64,000 nt of DNA from an uncultured bacterium (GTDB lineage Bacteria; Omnitrophota; Omnitrophia; Omnitrophales; Abzuiibacteriaceae): contig CAYLXA010000008.1 in the NCBI GenBank assembly GCA_964387845.1, forward strand, positions 44,270-108,269, in the 5' to 3' direction. Both the position numbers and the translations under genes were made by a program. Under the pieces are notes generated by a model, which was not told where the DNA came from, searched no databases, and was given only the letters and a program-made list of their open reading frames with translations. Positions within the stretch are counted from its first letter, which is position 1. Each line of letters begins with the position of its first letter. Shown here piece after piece: positions 43,450 through 53,974 of the stretch.

Positions 43450-44758
43450 ATTCAAAACCCAATCCCTGCCGTTGAATCCAGCGCGCAATGGCAATCAGCG
43501 CATCGCGTTGTGCGTCCAAATACGCCTTTCGCGCGCTTGATAATTCGTCTTCAATTTGATTCCAATCCTCAAACAGTTCCGTGCCGCTGGCATATTGCGC
43601 AGATGAAACTTCGGCGCGGAGCATTGCGGCGTCCAGGAATAATTTTCGCACATCGACTTGCGCAATTGCATCAATTGCCCGCGCCCATTGATCTTCAATA
43701 TTGATTACTACGTCATTGAAAGCGCCTTGCTCATCATCAATCGCTTTCTCGTAATCTGCTTTTGCCTTGGAAAGTGCAAATACTTTTTCGCCGCCTTCAA
43801 ATAGCGGCTGCCGGACAGTTGCCAAGATGCTCCACGAATGCCCATTGACGGCACGCCAACGGTCGGGTGCGCTGAGTTGCTGTGAGACCGACAAATCCAG
43901 AGTCGGGAAAAATTCCGCCCACTTGCTGACAACAGTCCAGCGTTCGGATTTGCGGCTTGCCGCTGCTTGAAGCAAGCCCGGGTGTTTGGCGGCTAACTCA
44001 TCCGGTTTAATTTCATCTTCGATTGGCTTGATGTCAAAATTGCCTTGCGCGACAAGCGGCGTGAATTCCCGGCGCCCGAGTGTTTGATTCAGTCTCCGCT
44101 GATTCACCCGGAGCCCGCGTTTGGCTTGTTCGATTTCAAATTTGGCCTGTGCAAGATTGGCTTGCGCGCGAAGCAAGGCGCCACGGTTTTCGCGGCCGCC
44201 TTGATAGCGCAAATCAACCAAGTTCACGTTGATTTGCCGCCGCTCGGCGATTTCTTCCGTGATTTGGATTAATCTCTGAGTCCGCAGCAATTCTACAAAG
44301 TTTGACCTTAATTCAAGCAGAATATCCGCGGAGGCTGCCGCATAAAATTGCCGCGCCGCTTCCAAAAGCTGTGATTGCGATAAAATATTGGCCGGCGTTT
44401 TAAAGGAATCAAAAATGAGCTGGCTTCCCGAGAGTTCGTAATCAGTGTCGTAGGTATGTTTGACATGTGGTGTCTTTGCGACCGTGTTGTCCATATTGAC
44501 GGAAACCTGGGGCAGGTAAGCGCTGATAGCTCCTCGCTTATCCGCAAGCGCCGATTTGATACTTTCCCGGGCGGCGTTCAGATCAGGGTTATTGTTGTAA
44601 GTCTCAAGCAAGCACTCATCCAAGGTCAGAGACCATTTTGCCGTAATCTGAGCTTCCTGTGCGGCCAATGGATTGGAGAATGACAATACAAATGCAATAG
44701 CCGACAAAACAGGCAAAACATGGAAGGAGTTCGATTTAACTATCTGCAAAAGCTTCAT
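43430..44758 (-). CDS. tolC: TolC family outer-membrane efflux protein
   Basis: Signal peptide, tandem alpha-helical/beta repeats with LTLDECLLETYNNNPDLNAARESIKSA... typical of TolC/OprM-family channels. First gene of the minus-strand tolC-macA-macB operon. Confidence 0.85.
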   Translation of the reverse strand: MKLLQIVKSNSFHVLPVLSAIAFVLSFSNPLAAQEAQITAKWSLTLDECLLETYNNNPDLNAARESIKSALADKRGAISAYLPQVSVNMDNTVAKTPHVKHTYDTDYELSGSQLIFDSFKTPANILSQSQLLEAARQFYAAASADILLELRSNFVELLRTQRLIQITEEIAERRQINVNLVDLRYQGGRENRGALLRAQANLAQAKFEIEQAKRGLRVNQRRLNQTLGRREFTPLVAQGNFDIKPIEDEIKPDELAAKHPGLLQAAASRKSERWTVVSKWAEFFPTLDLSVSQQLSAPDRWRAVNGHSWSILATVRQPLFEGGEKVFALSKAKADYEKAIDDEQGAFNDVVINIEDQWARAIDAIAQVDVRKLFLDAAMLRAEVSSAQYASGTELFEDWNQIEDELSSARKAYLDAQRDALIAIARWIQRQGLGFEYGFRQS

Positions 44759-44872
44759 AGGTCACTTTTATCGGCCAATTTTATCAGTTTACTAACCAGA
44801 TAAGAAGCGTAAAGTTAATCTCATGGTTAGGCTGATTAAGACGATAATGAATGGAGCAAGGTTTAAAAGAAA

Positions 44873-45085
44873 ATGGATTCAGAAACACTAATTAAATTAC
44901 TAGCAGTATTCGGTGTGAGCGGGCTCTGCACGCTGGTCGTTTATTGTGCGACAGCGCTGCCCGGCCTGGCTTCGGAGGATCATCCCAACAAGATGCGCAC
45001 TTATCTTATCGTTACCGTGATGGTTGCTTTTATTGTTTTAAGCTTCCTTGGTATTTTCTTCCTGGTTAAATACAAGCCGGAATAA
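44873..45085 (+). CDS. Small (70 aa) two-TM hypothetical membrane protein
   Basis: ORF with two hydrophobic helices between tolC and ispH. No family recognised. Confidence 0.3.
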   Translation: MDSETLIKLLAVFGVSGLCTLVVYCATALPGLASEDHPNKMRTYLIVTVMVAFIVLSFLGIFFLVKYKPE

Positions 45086-45132
45086 AACCTGCCTAGACCC
45101 CAGTTTCAGTTTGCGTTATAATCGCCATCCCT

Positions 45133-46362
45133 ATGAAGATCGAAAAATCCGATAAACATATCCGCACCAGTATGGGCTTCCGGGATGAAGTACTTCCGGT
45201 CCTGAATGAAGCCTACGCAAGTCCTTTAATTGAAAGGATTAAGGAAAATAACTATCAGTTAAAAGCGGGCAATATTTTGATTTGCCTGGCAGTCGAATTC
45301 GGCTTTTGCTACGGCGTTGACCGGGCCGTCATTTTGGCCTACGAAACCCGCAAAAAATTCCCCAATAAGCGCATTTTTCTGACTTCTGAAATCATCCACA
45401 ATCCGCAGGTCAATTCCAAACTGAAAGAGAAGGGAATCTATTTTCTGTCTGATCCGGAATGGAAAGACCAGGGTTATGACGCCATCCAAGCGGAAGATGT
45501 CGTGATTATTCCGGCCTTTGGAACCACAACGGAAGATTTATTGAAGCTTCAAAATAAAGGTGCCACACTCGTGGATACAACCTGCGGTTCCGTGATGAAT
45601 GTATGGAAGCGGGTTGATAGTTACGGCCGCGACGGATTTACATCTGTGATTCACGGTAAATATGACCACGAAGAAACGCGCGCTACCAGTTCGCGTGCGA
45701 CGGAATTTCCGAACGGGCACTTTTTGATTGTTCGCGATTTAGAGCAGGCGAAGGTCGTTTGCGATTTTATCCGAGGGGAAATTTCAAAATCCGATTTCAT
45801 TGCAAACTTCAAGTCCGAAGCCATGTCCGAAGGATTTGACCCCGGGCGCGATCTTGAAAAAGTCGGCTGCGCGAATCAGACGACGATGCTTTCCAGTGAA
45901 TCGATTGAAATCGCGGACATGATTCAAGAAGCCATGAAGGAACGCTACGGCCCGGAAGCGCATAAACACTTCCGCCATTTTGATACGATTTGCAGCGCGA
46001 CGCAGGACCGGCAGGATGCAATTATTAAATTGGTCCGGAATGGGATCGATTTGGCGCTGGTGATCGGTGGCTACAATTCATCGAATACCGGGCATTTGGT
46101 CGAAATTGCTTCTGAATTCTGTCCGGCCTTTCATATTAATGATGCTTCAGAGATTCTCTCTAAGACCGAAATACGGCATCAGCCGGCATTTAAGAAGGAA
46201 ACCGTCATAAAAAAAGAGTGGCTTCCGGATAGGCCATTGAAAATCGGCGTGACTGCAGGCGCCTCGACGCCGAACCGTGTAATAGAAGACGTGATTTGCC
46301 GGATTTTGGAAGTCACCGGTAATCTTCCAGAAGATTTACATCCCCTCCTTAAGTCAGTGTAA
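45133..46362 (+). CDS. ispH: 4-hydroxy-3-methylbut-2-enyl diphosphate reductase (long form)
   Basis: FGFCYGVDRAV (first Fe-S Cys), IIHNPQV, TTCGSVMNVW (second Cys), CANQTTMLS, TICSATQDRQ (third Cys), GGYNSSNT are LytB/IspH motifs. Confidence 0.9.
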   Translation: MKIEKSDKHIRTSMGFRDEVLPVLNEAYASPLIERIKENNYQLKAGNILICLAVEFGFCYGVDRAVILAYETRKKFPNKRIFLTSEIIHNPQVNSKLKEKGIYFLSDPEWKDQGYDAIQAEDVVIIPAFGTTTEDLLKLQNKGATLVDTTCGSVMNVWKRVDSYGRDGFTSVIHGKYDHEETRATSSRATEFPNGHFLIVRDLEQAKVVCDFIRGEISKSDFIANFKSEAMSEGFDPGRDLEKVGCANQTTMLSSESIEIADMIQEAMKERYGPEAHKHFRHFDTICSATQDRQDAIIKLVRNGIDLALVIGGYNSSNTGHLVEIASEFCPAFHINDASEILSKTEIRHQPAFKKETVIKKEWLPDRPLKIGVTAGASTPNRVIEDVICRILEVTGNLPEDLHPLLKSV

Positions 46363-46381
46363 AGGATGCGTAAAAAATTAA

Positions 46382-46410
46382 TTGACAGTGTTTTGAGGAT
46401 TGAATATCAT
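46382..46410 (+). promoter_or_regulatory. Putative sigma70-type promoter
   Basis: TTGACA (46382-46387), 17 nt, TATCAT (46405-46410), upstream of the 46544 secreted-protein gene. Confidence 0.45.
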
Positions 46411-46543
46411 CGCCTCACTGGGGGAGGCCCAGCCAAAGCAATTCTCGCTTCATTCATTAAAATTAAATAATAATTTGAAATATTTATTTTTTAAATTAAA
46501 TCAAACAAAAGCCAAATCAATCATCTCAAGCGGAGAAAAACCA

Positions 46544-47095
46544 ATGAGACAAAAATTTCTGGCCTTACTGCCGGTGTTGACGCTTGCTTTTGCGTTTTCA
46601 ATGCCGTCAGCATTGCATGCCGAAGATTCCTACATTGATCAATTAGCACGCCAAGTTCAGCAAGACATCCAATCCGGCGCCATTAAAGACAAAGTTAAGC
46701 CGGTGGACACTACCACGCAGACAACTCCGCCTGCGCAGCCGCAAACACCTCCACGGAGCCAATATGACCGTGAGTTAGATCAGCTTCATCTTGCAAGGTT
46801 TTTCGGAACTATCTTAGGTCCGGATGAATTTTCAAAGGATGAATTTTGGGAAGGACCGGATGATGAATCGGGCGACTATATGTTTGGCGATAGCTTGATC
46901 AATGTAACGCACATTGATTATCTTGGTACCGGCAATGGCCGTGTCATCGGTTCCGACACAGACTATGCAAGGCCTTGGAGTGTTAATGATAATATTCTTC
47001 GCGATGCTATTAATAGCAATGATTTTTCTACCCTAAGCCAGCGTCTTATTGAGTTGGGGTATCGCACTGGCGAGTTCAGGATTGAGGCTCAGTGA
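46544..47095 (+). CDS. Secreted hypothetical protein (signal peptide, Pro/Thr/Gln-rich linker)
   Basis: MRQKFLALLPVLTLAFAFSMPSALHA signal peptide. RBS GGAGAAAAACC. No family recognised. The ORF opens at 46400. Confidence 0.5.
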   Translation: MRQKFLALLPVLTLAFAFSMPSALHAEDSYIDQLARQVQQDIQSGAIKDKVKPVDTTTQTTPPAQPQTPPRSQYDRELDQLHLARFFGTILGPDEFSKDEFWEGPDDESGDYMFGDSLINVTHIDYLGTGNGRVIGSDTDYARPWSVNDNILRDAINSNDFSTLSQRLIELGYRTGEFRIEAQ

Positions 47096-47142
47096 TCATC
47101 ATGCGTAAATCACAGCTCATAAAATCAAAGGGACCTGTCACC

Positions 47143-48474
47143 ATGGATAAAAAAATCATAAAATTGCTTGTTCTTCATTTGGTAATGGCGCTTGCATTCA
47201 GCGCCGTTCCGTTTACGCCGGCCTATGCTTCTGATGGCGTTAGTGCTGCCGCCGGTTTTGCGGATGATATTTTAAACGGGCTCGAAAACCTCGTCCACAA
47301 GAGCGGGTTGATCGATCTCAAGTATAAGATTAAAGAACAATACGGTTTGCTGGTAAAGCCGTTCTTGAAAACGGGTTATGACTATTCTTCTAACGTTTTC
47401 AAAGCCAACAGCGTGAATTCAGCCGGTGATAATATTTGGACCGTCACGCCGGGCGTTCAGTTCAAGTACAAGAATGAACAAGCCACTATCGGTGGTGCCT
47501 ATGAAGCGCCTTTCCGCTGGCTGGCGAATTATTCCGAACAAAATACACAGACACAGCGTTTCATGGTGTATGCCAATTTAGAGCCTTCCGATGATTTTTA
47601 CATCAACATCGGCGAGCGCTTTGCGTCGGAAGAATCGATCTCTGGCTCTTCAACGTCAGAGCCGGTTGCTTTCTTGGACAATACTGTGAACGTTACTTTA
47701 GGATACCGCGCTGACGAGGATTACACCTACGAAGTTGGTTATGAATTGTTTGACCGCAACTTCCGTTCCACAGCAGCGGATATCTATAGCTATTCTGTTA
47801 ACAAATTCTCACCCCGAGTTTACCGCAAAGTTGAAGGCGGCAAAGTGTATACGGGCGTTGATGTCGGTATTGTGAATTTCAACAAAACCGATAGCCGCGA
47901 TACCGTTTACACCGAAATTCCGGTGGGCTATCAAGGCGAACTTCCGTTTTGGGGTTTGATCGGCGATGTGAAGGTTGGTTATCATAATCGCAGTCTCCAA
48001 GGCCACGCAGGGCGCAATGACTGGAGAAACATTGTTACCAATCTTGCGGTTCAAAAACGCCTGAATGGCGACAAAACCGTTGTGTCGGCTGGTTTCACGC
48101 GTCAACCGGTTGAGTCCAGCTTTGCAACTGCCACGACCTATGACGAGAAGTCATTTTTTGGTTCCGTGAAGCATTTAATCACGCCAAAACTCAGAGGCCG
48201 CGCTTCGGTGCGTTTTGCCAATGAGGATTATTATGACGGAACGGCAGTTGGCAGCCGCATAGCGGTTGCAGGCACGAATGTTATTATTGTTGTTCCGGGT
48301 GGCATTGTGAAAAGAGACGATGATGTATTCAACTATAATCTCGGCCTCGATTACAATGTCCGCAAATGGCTGATATTGCACGCGGATTATCAGTTTACGC
48401 GCCGCAATTCTAACATTTCAGCTTTGGATTATACGGACAACACAATTTCACTCGGCAGCACCATCCCGCTCTAA
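47143..48474 (+). CDS. Putative outer-membrane beta-barrel protein
   Basis: Signal peptide MDKKIIKLLVLHLVMALAFSAVPFTPAYA. Alternating hydrophobic/polar amphipathic beta-strand pattern rich in Y/G/N/T throughout. Confidence 0.5.
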   Translation: MDKKIIKLLVLHLVMALAFSAVPFTPAYASDGVSAAAGFADDILNGLENLVHKSGLIDLKYKIKEQYGLLVKPFLKTGYDYSSNVFKANSVNSAGDNIWTVTPGVQFKYKNEQATIGGAYEAPFRWLANYSEQNTQTQRFMVYANLEPSDDFYINIGERFASEESISGSSTSEPVAFLDNTVNVTLGYRADEDYTYEVGYELFDRNFRSTAADIYSYSVNKFSPRVYRKVEGGKVYTGVDVGIVNFNKTDSRDTVYTEIPVGYQGELPFWGLIGDVKVGYHNRSLQGHAGRNDWRNIVTNLAVQKRLNGDKTVVSAGFTRQPVESSFATATTYDEKSFFGSVKHLITPKLRGRASVRFANEDYYDGTAVGSRIAVAGTNVIIVVPGGIVKRDDDVFNYNLGLDYNVRKWLILHADYQFTRRNSNISALDYTDNTISLGSTIPL

Positions 48475-48503
48475 AGAAATAAAGCGGTTTCTGAGAATCA
48501 AAT

Positions 48504-48545
48504 ACAAAACGGGACAGCTTTTAAGCTGTCCCGTTTTGTATTTGA
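48504..48545 (+). terminator. Rho-independent terminator
   Basis: CAAAACGGGACAGC-TTTTA-GCTGTCCCGTTTTG followed by TATTT. Confidence 0.65.
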
Positions 48546-48731
48546 CCCTTCTGTGTAGGTTCTAGCAATTCAGATTCTGATATGAAAGGTTACAATATTA
48601 GGTCGATAAATATATATAATCGGTATATTCAATTTAGAATATCAATGTAAGTCTTTTATTTATAATACTTTATGTATTTATATTTCATTTGAACAAACGA
48701 GATTAAAGTGCTAAGATTCGATCACGGTTAA

Positions 48732-51700
48732 ATGAAAGTTATGCAAGGCCAAAAATATACCGCTCACCTTAAATTTGTTTCCTTATTCTTAATTATCACA
48801 CTTCTTTTAAACTCAGTTGCTTGGGCAGATCCGCCGAACGCTCATTTCTCGAAACTACCGCCCCATGTTTCGGTTTCTCATGTTAGTGAACCGATTCAAC
48901 TCCGCGATTTAAATGTCCTCGTTGATTACTTGACCGCCGACTTAAAGAACGAAGTTAAAATTGATATATCCAAAGAAACAGGAATCATTCGATCTATTTT
49001 ACGACATGATTCGCATTCTAGCCCTTTTGATTTTGATGTTGTTTTAATTCAGGATGCGCATGTCGATAACGAAGCGCAAACCAATATTCGACAAATTCTT
49101 CATTCTTTGTCAAAACAGATCGACCAACCGTTACTTATTGCGTTGGAGGGTACGAGCGGAAATTTAGAACCGAATATATTAAATTTCTTTCCGGACTATC
49201 CAAAAATCAATTCAATAATTGTGGAGGACTTGGAAAAGAGGGGAGAGCTGACAGGCGCTGAACGCTTCGCGTTTGAAAATCAACGGAATAAAACGCTTCT
49301 GGAATTTTGGGGGGCCGAAAACATTGATCAATACAAACAAAACCTTTCCGAATTTCGAGACGCTCTTCGGTTTTTTATAAATCATACCTCAGAACTCGAG
49401 CAAGCTGAGAGCCGGCTTGCCGGATTTCGCAAGCAAATTTTGAATCCTGAATTATGGTTCTTCCTAGAAAAGAGGGATGCTTTTTTAAAGGAAGAAGTTG
49501 ATTTAGCTGCTTATCTTACTTTTCTTCAGAGTGAGGCGATTCAGCATATAAAGCTTAATTTAGCCGATATTAAGCACCAATTTGATTTTCCAAATCTGGT
49601 TCGCTTTTCAAAACTTAAATACGAGGAAAATAAATTAAATCCTGAAAAGGCTTTGGAAGAATGCAGCAAACTTCTCTCTCTCGTTCAGAAGGAAATACCG
49701 AAAGGAAAAATTCAAAGTTATCTAACAGAACATCTCTGGCATCTTTCAAGAGATGTTTCTTTGCAACTGCCACAAAGTTCTCATCAAAATTTTTTTACTT
49801 CTGACCGACCTGTTATTACAGAAAAATCGCCGAACGTACGAGAGTTGTTTGAAATACTTCACGCTTCTTCGTTTATCTACAAATTTTCATTAGTACCGTT
49901 TCGAAACCTCATCCGTCTCGGACGTTTTTTGGCATTTCAATCGGAAATTGATGCCGCATCATTTTTTCAGGAGGTCCGTAAATTAGAAAGTTTGATCATT
50001 CGACGATTGGCCAAAACGCGCGAAGAGAAAAGACTTTTAGCTGCTGTGACTCGATGGAATTTGGTAAAAAAACTTTATGCACTTGAACTCAGTCGTTCGG
50101 AATTTTTGGATTATCAAAAATCGAAGCCACGGATATTAAAAACAATCTTGCGCTTTTTCCCCGCGCTTCCGGCGCCTGCACTTTCAGAAAAATTCTACGA
50201 TGGAGCATTAAAGCGCGACCATGTTCTTGTCCAAAACGCGCTTAATCATGCGGCCGGACGGCCCGTCATCATGGTAGCGGGCGGGTTTCATGCTGACGGA
50301 ATCGAATCTTATCTTCAAGACAACAATTTATCGTACGCAACCATTTCTCCGTCTATCAAAAACCCGAGCAAAGACCGCGAATCCTATTTTAAAACCTTTC
50401 AAGACGAAAACATCTCCTTTATTGTGGATATGCTGCGCACGAGCAATCCCGGCTTTTTTCGATCTGTCCGCGGCGAAAGACAATTCAATCTATTCGCTTT
50501 GGCAATTAGAAATCAGGAGGCCAATTTAGTTCGCATTTATTCTTTGACCCCCGAACAAGCGCGCTCGGAAATCAGGCAGGCGCTGGATCGGTGGCGTTTT
50601 CAATCCAGATCGGAATTGCGGCAAGACAGAAGTACCATTGTTACACCTGATAAAATCGAATCAAATTTTTCCAACAGTTCAGCAAGTCGCGCTCGAGAAA
50701 CGATCATTCCTCAAAGAATTCATCCCGGCACAATTGAAAAAATGCAAATTCCGTGGAGTTACAAATTAAGTCCAAAGTATTTTTGGAATTATCACAAAGC
50801 TTTAAGCCTGTCGGGCCTGGTTGTTTTTGGCCTGCTTTTATTTACAGCCGTAACCGGAAGAATTTTAGAACCGTTTACTGTTTTTTACTCCACGGTTTTT
50901 GCAGGCCTTTTAATGGCTCAAGCGGCCCGGTTTATCAAGAACCTCCTGATTCCTCCGGCGCATTATGTCATGCGAGATGACGGTGTCGCATTATTAGATA
51001 CTCATAACATAGAAATATTAAATCAAATCGTCTATCAATCCGAGATTCCATCCGCGATTTACATTGCCGTTGAAGATCAATTTGAAGGCAAAGATGAGAA
51101 AAGGCCGAATTATGAGGCCGTAAAAGCCTATGTTGAATTTCGCCAGGGATCATCACAGGGGTTTCGAAAAGTGAAAATCATTCCGCTCAGTAGATTGGGG
51201 CGGTTGTATTACACAAACCTTTACAATCAAAATCAAACCGGTGTGAAAAACATCATTTCAAGAAGTTTTCTCTTTGTGTGGAAATGGAAATTGTGGATAT
51301 GGATGCCTTTACTGCTTCCGGTTTGGTTGGCCGCAAATTTTCTCACGTTTGGTTATCTCAATCACGATTCTTTAATTCATTTTTACGGCGTAAAACCATT
51401 GCAAGGATGGGTAAGCTTGACGGATGTATCCGAATGGCTTCTGCATCTCAAATGGAGTTTTCTGCATCGAATCGAAATTCTCTTGTTCCTGGCGAATGAT
51501 TGGTTTAACAACACAAACAGCCTGTCCCCATGGTTTCAAACTATCGTATCGAATATTTTAACCAATCTAAGCGCCAAGTTATTTTCGTTATCAGAAACGC
51601 CGGGGTTATTCAGCTTGTACGCGGCAAAAGAAAAGGCAACAGACTACATTGCCTGGACTACGGTGATGGAGTCACTGACGTTTATCAGTTTTTTAGGTTT

Positions 51701-53426
51701 GGTAACGTTGGCGATGCTTTGGCTCCATTGGCAGCGGAGCCGCGAGAAAATTACTTATACGTTAACTGGCAAATCGCTTCCTGCGAAAGGAAAAATAAAA
51801 GGAATTTTTAATATAGGACTGATATCAATTCTGTTTTTAGCGGTCCCGGTTTTAATAGCCCCTCTCACCAATGGATTTATTTTGAGCCCGGTTGCGCAAA
51901 AGGCAATTCAGAATGACTTTAGCGAAGACAGGTCTTCGCTGGGTTTTATGTTTAAATATGCGGTTGAGCGGCAAGAGAATATTCGAAAAGATGATGAGGG
52001 ATTGAGAAGAGTGTTTGTGAAACTTCTCGAAAAGTTTGGGAAGGACGAAGATTTCACCAAAAACGGAGCATTTGACAAATATTTTGGGCGGCTCGGTCTG
52101 CAGGAATTTGAGTTTTTGATTAATCAATATCCGGAAGCGCGAACAGGGCTTTTGCAGTTATTAATCAAAGATCTGAACTTAGATCAAATTTTATTAACAC
52201 CCGGTATGGCGGCTCAAAGATTTCCTGGAAGCATTCAAGTTAAAGACAAGATCGACAAAATAAAGAATGTTAAATTGCCGGCAGATTTGAAAAAATTAAA
52301 ATTAGTTTTTGAAAACATGATTCAAGAATGGGAATCGGGAGGCAGCGAGCTTTTCAATGATCTTTTGAAGATCCAGGTTTTTGCGTTTGAAGATCAATAT
52401 TCTCCACTTTATATTGTTCCCTTAGGAGAAGAAGATCAGCTGGAAAAGTTTTTGAAGAATCTTGGAGAATTTGAAAAACCTCAGCAAGGGACAGAGGCTT
52501 TAGTTCCGGCATTGATTAAATTGGCCAAGAAGATGAGTTATTTGCCAAAAATAAGCCTGCAAGTGCCCAAGGCTAAAGATTTCAACCGGTCAGAGTTGCG
52601 CAAACCAACTTCGCGTTCTCAAATTTTATCGCGAATGCCGGATCATAACAATAAACATATTCACCATGCACTAAGCGCACGATTTTCATTTCAAGCTTCC
52701 GTGCTTTTTTTAGGAATTTTACCGGCCGCGTTCTCTGGAATTTCACCACCCGCCGGAAGACCGAATTTTGGTCTGCAGTCTTTACAGCATGAAGATTTTC
52801 AAGCAGTGATCCGATGGCTGCGTGAAAAAACGGATTCGCGGCTCAAAAAACAAGCAATTGAGTATTATACCGGTTTTTTTCAAGCGGAGCCCTCAACCGT
52901 TCCACAAACCATTATTCTTACGAGCGATTTGTTAACCCCCGAAGTGGTTGATGGAATTAACCAAGTAAGCTTAAATCCAAACGCAAAAATCATCGTTTAT
53001 GATGTAGGTGATTTAACAGCGCGATCCCTTCTTCCGCAACTTATCCGTGCGTCAGTTCGAAAAATATCAAAAAATGGCGCGGGATTTGATATCAATCAAT
53101 TCTTAAAAGAGGAAGTGCGCTCCGATAGATTGCCGCATACCGCTGTCTGGACAACGGAAACACATTTCGCAGATATTGAAAAAAATAAAGGTTTTCAATT
53201 TGTGGCGAAAAATCAATTGATGCGCGACGACAAATTGCGCGGGGCAGCGCTTTTATTACAATTCTTGCTCGTTCAGTTAGTTGCCAAACTCGGCATATTT
53301 CCTCAAAATCGAGACGAACTTTGGAAAAGAACATCCGACAATCGAATTGAATTTAATTTAACCAATCGAATTTTACAAATCCAAATGATTCATTCGGAAA
53401 TAAAAACGCTGCTGAGTTTTGCTTGA
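48732..53426 (+). CDS. Large (1564 aa) secreted/membrane hypothetical protein carrying two RSELR motifs, in a low-GC segment
   Basis: Uninterrupted 4.7 kb ORF. N-terminal signal/TM region (FLIITLLLNSVAWA), internal TM cluster at about 50.78-51.85 kb, mostly predicted helical. RSELR at 50607-50621 and 52587-52601. GC is clearly lower than the flanking housekeeping genes, with a very AT-rich upstream region. Confidence 0.75.
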   Translation: MKVMQGQKYTAHLKFVSLFLIITLLLNSVAWADPPNAHFSKLPPHVSVSHVSEPIQLRDLNVLVDYLTADLKNEVKIDISKETGIIRSILRHDSHSSPFDFDVVLIQDAHVDNEAQTNIRQILHSLSKQIDQPLLIALEGTSGNLEPNILNFFPDYPKINSIIVEDLEKRGELTGAERFAFENQRNKTLLEFWGAENIDQYKQNLSEFRDALRFFINHTSELEQAESRLAGFRKQILNPELWFFLEKRDAFLKEEVDLAAYLTFLQSEAIQHIKLNLADIKHQFDFPNLVRFSKLKYEENKLNPEKALEECSKLLSLVQKEIPKGKIQSYLTEHLWHLSRDVSLQLPQSSHQNFFTSDRPVITEKSPNVRELFEILHASSFIYKFSLVPFRNLIRLGRFLAFQSEIDAASFFQEVRKLESLIIRRLAKTREEKRLLAAVTRWNLVKKLYALELSRSEFLDYQKSKPRILKTILRFFPALPAPALSEKFYDGALKRDHVLVQNALNHAAGRPVIMVAGGFHADGIESYLQDNNLSYATISPSIKNPSKDRESYFKTFQDENISFIVDMLRTSNPGFFRSVRGERQFNLFALAIRNQEANLVRIYSLTPEQARSEIRQALDRWRFQSRSELRQDRSTIVTPDKIESNFSNSSASRARETIIPQRIHPGTIEKMQIPWSYKLSPKYFWNYHKALSLSGLVVFGLLLFTAVTGRILEPFTVFYSTVFAGLLMAQAARFIKNLLIPPAHYVMRDDGVALLDTHNIEILNQIVYQSEIPSAIYIAVEDQFEGKDEKRPNYEAVKAYVEFRQGSSQGFRKVKIIPLSRLGRLYYTNLYNQNQTGVKNIISRSFLFVWKWKLWIWMPLLLPVWLAANFLTFGYLNHDSLIHFYGVKPLQGWVSLTDVSEWLLHLKWSFLHRIEILLFLANDWFNNTNSLSPWFQTIVSNILTNLSAKLFSLSETPGLFSLYAAKEKATDYIAWTTVMESLTFISFLGLVTLAMLWLHWQRSREKITYTLTGKSLPAKGKIKGIFNIGLISILFLAVPVLIAPLTNGFILSPVAQKAIQNDFSEDRSSLGFMFKYAVERQENIRKDDEGLRRVFVKLLEKFGKDEDFTKNGAFDKYFGRLGLQEFEFLINQYPEARTGLLQLLIKDLNLDQILLTPGMAAQRFPGSIQVKDKIDKIKNVKLPADLKKLKLVFENMIQEWESGGSELFNDLLKIQVFAFEDQYSPLYIVPLGEEDQLEKFLKNLGEFEKPQQGTEALVPALIKLAKKMSYLPKISLQVPKAKDFNRSELRKPTSRSQILSRMPDHNNKHIHHALSARFSFQASVLFLGILPAAFSGISPPAGRPNFGLQSLQHEDFQAVIRWLREKTDSRLKKQAIEYYTGFFQAEPSTVPQTIILTSDLLTPEVVDGINQVSLNPNAKIIVYDVGDLTARSLLPQLIRASVRKISKNGAGFDINQFLKEEVRSDRLPHTAVWTTETHFADIEKNKGFQFVAKNQLMRDDKLRGAALLLQFLLVQLVAKLGIFPQNRDELWKRTSDNRIEFNLTNRILQIQMIHSEIKTLLSFA

Positions 53427-53500
53427 TGTCTGAGCTTTATTATAAATTATTATTTTGTAATATCTGACGTAAAAAGTGATTAAAAACAAAAGGAGAAAAA

Positions 53501-53779
53501 ATGAAGCTCAATTCGAAAATAATAACAATACTGATGGGTGCAATGGCGTTGGTTATGCTTTTTGCTGACGTATCGCTTTTTGCTGCGGTGGACCAGGGTC
53601 CTCGCGTTGAAATTTCAAGAAGGCAAAGGCGATTTACGACAGGCATAGGCATCAACGCGCAAGGAAGCGCTGTCATTGCAGAGCACTGCACGTATTATGA
53701 AATTACATGGTCTGACGGGTCGGTTTCTAGTACACGGCCAGATTGCTACGAGGATTTTATATCTTCGAACGATCGTTAA
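53501..53779 (+). CDS. Small secreted hypothetical protein (92 aa, 4 Cys)
   Basis: Strong RBS AAAGGAGAAAAAATG. Signal peptide MKLNSKIITILMGAMALVMLFADVSLFAAV. Confidence 0.45.
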   Translation: MKLNSKIITILMGAMALVMLFADVSLFAAVDQGPRVEISRRQRRFTTGIGINAQGSAVIAEHCTYYEITWSDGSVSSTRPDCYEDFISSNDR

Positions 53780-53974
53780 TATAGCGAACGGTTTATTTAC
53801 TGCGCTTGAAATAAGCAGTTGGTATTGTTTTGAGCAGATTCCGGCAGATTTGTTCAAGGCAATACCAACCAACGCTAGCAGTTATTGAGTGATGAATAAT
53901 TAGTTGATACAACGATATCGCTTGATAGCTTACCCCATGTGGTATACGTTATTTTATCTGTTTTTTCAATTCGC

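Noticed and set aside
53440-53872. Minus-strand ORFs of 83-85 aa overlapping the small secreted protein gene
   Set aside because: They lack an RBS or start context. The plus-strand ORF has a strong RBS and signal peptide.
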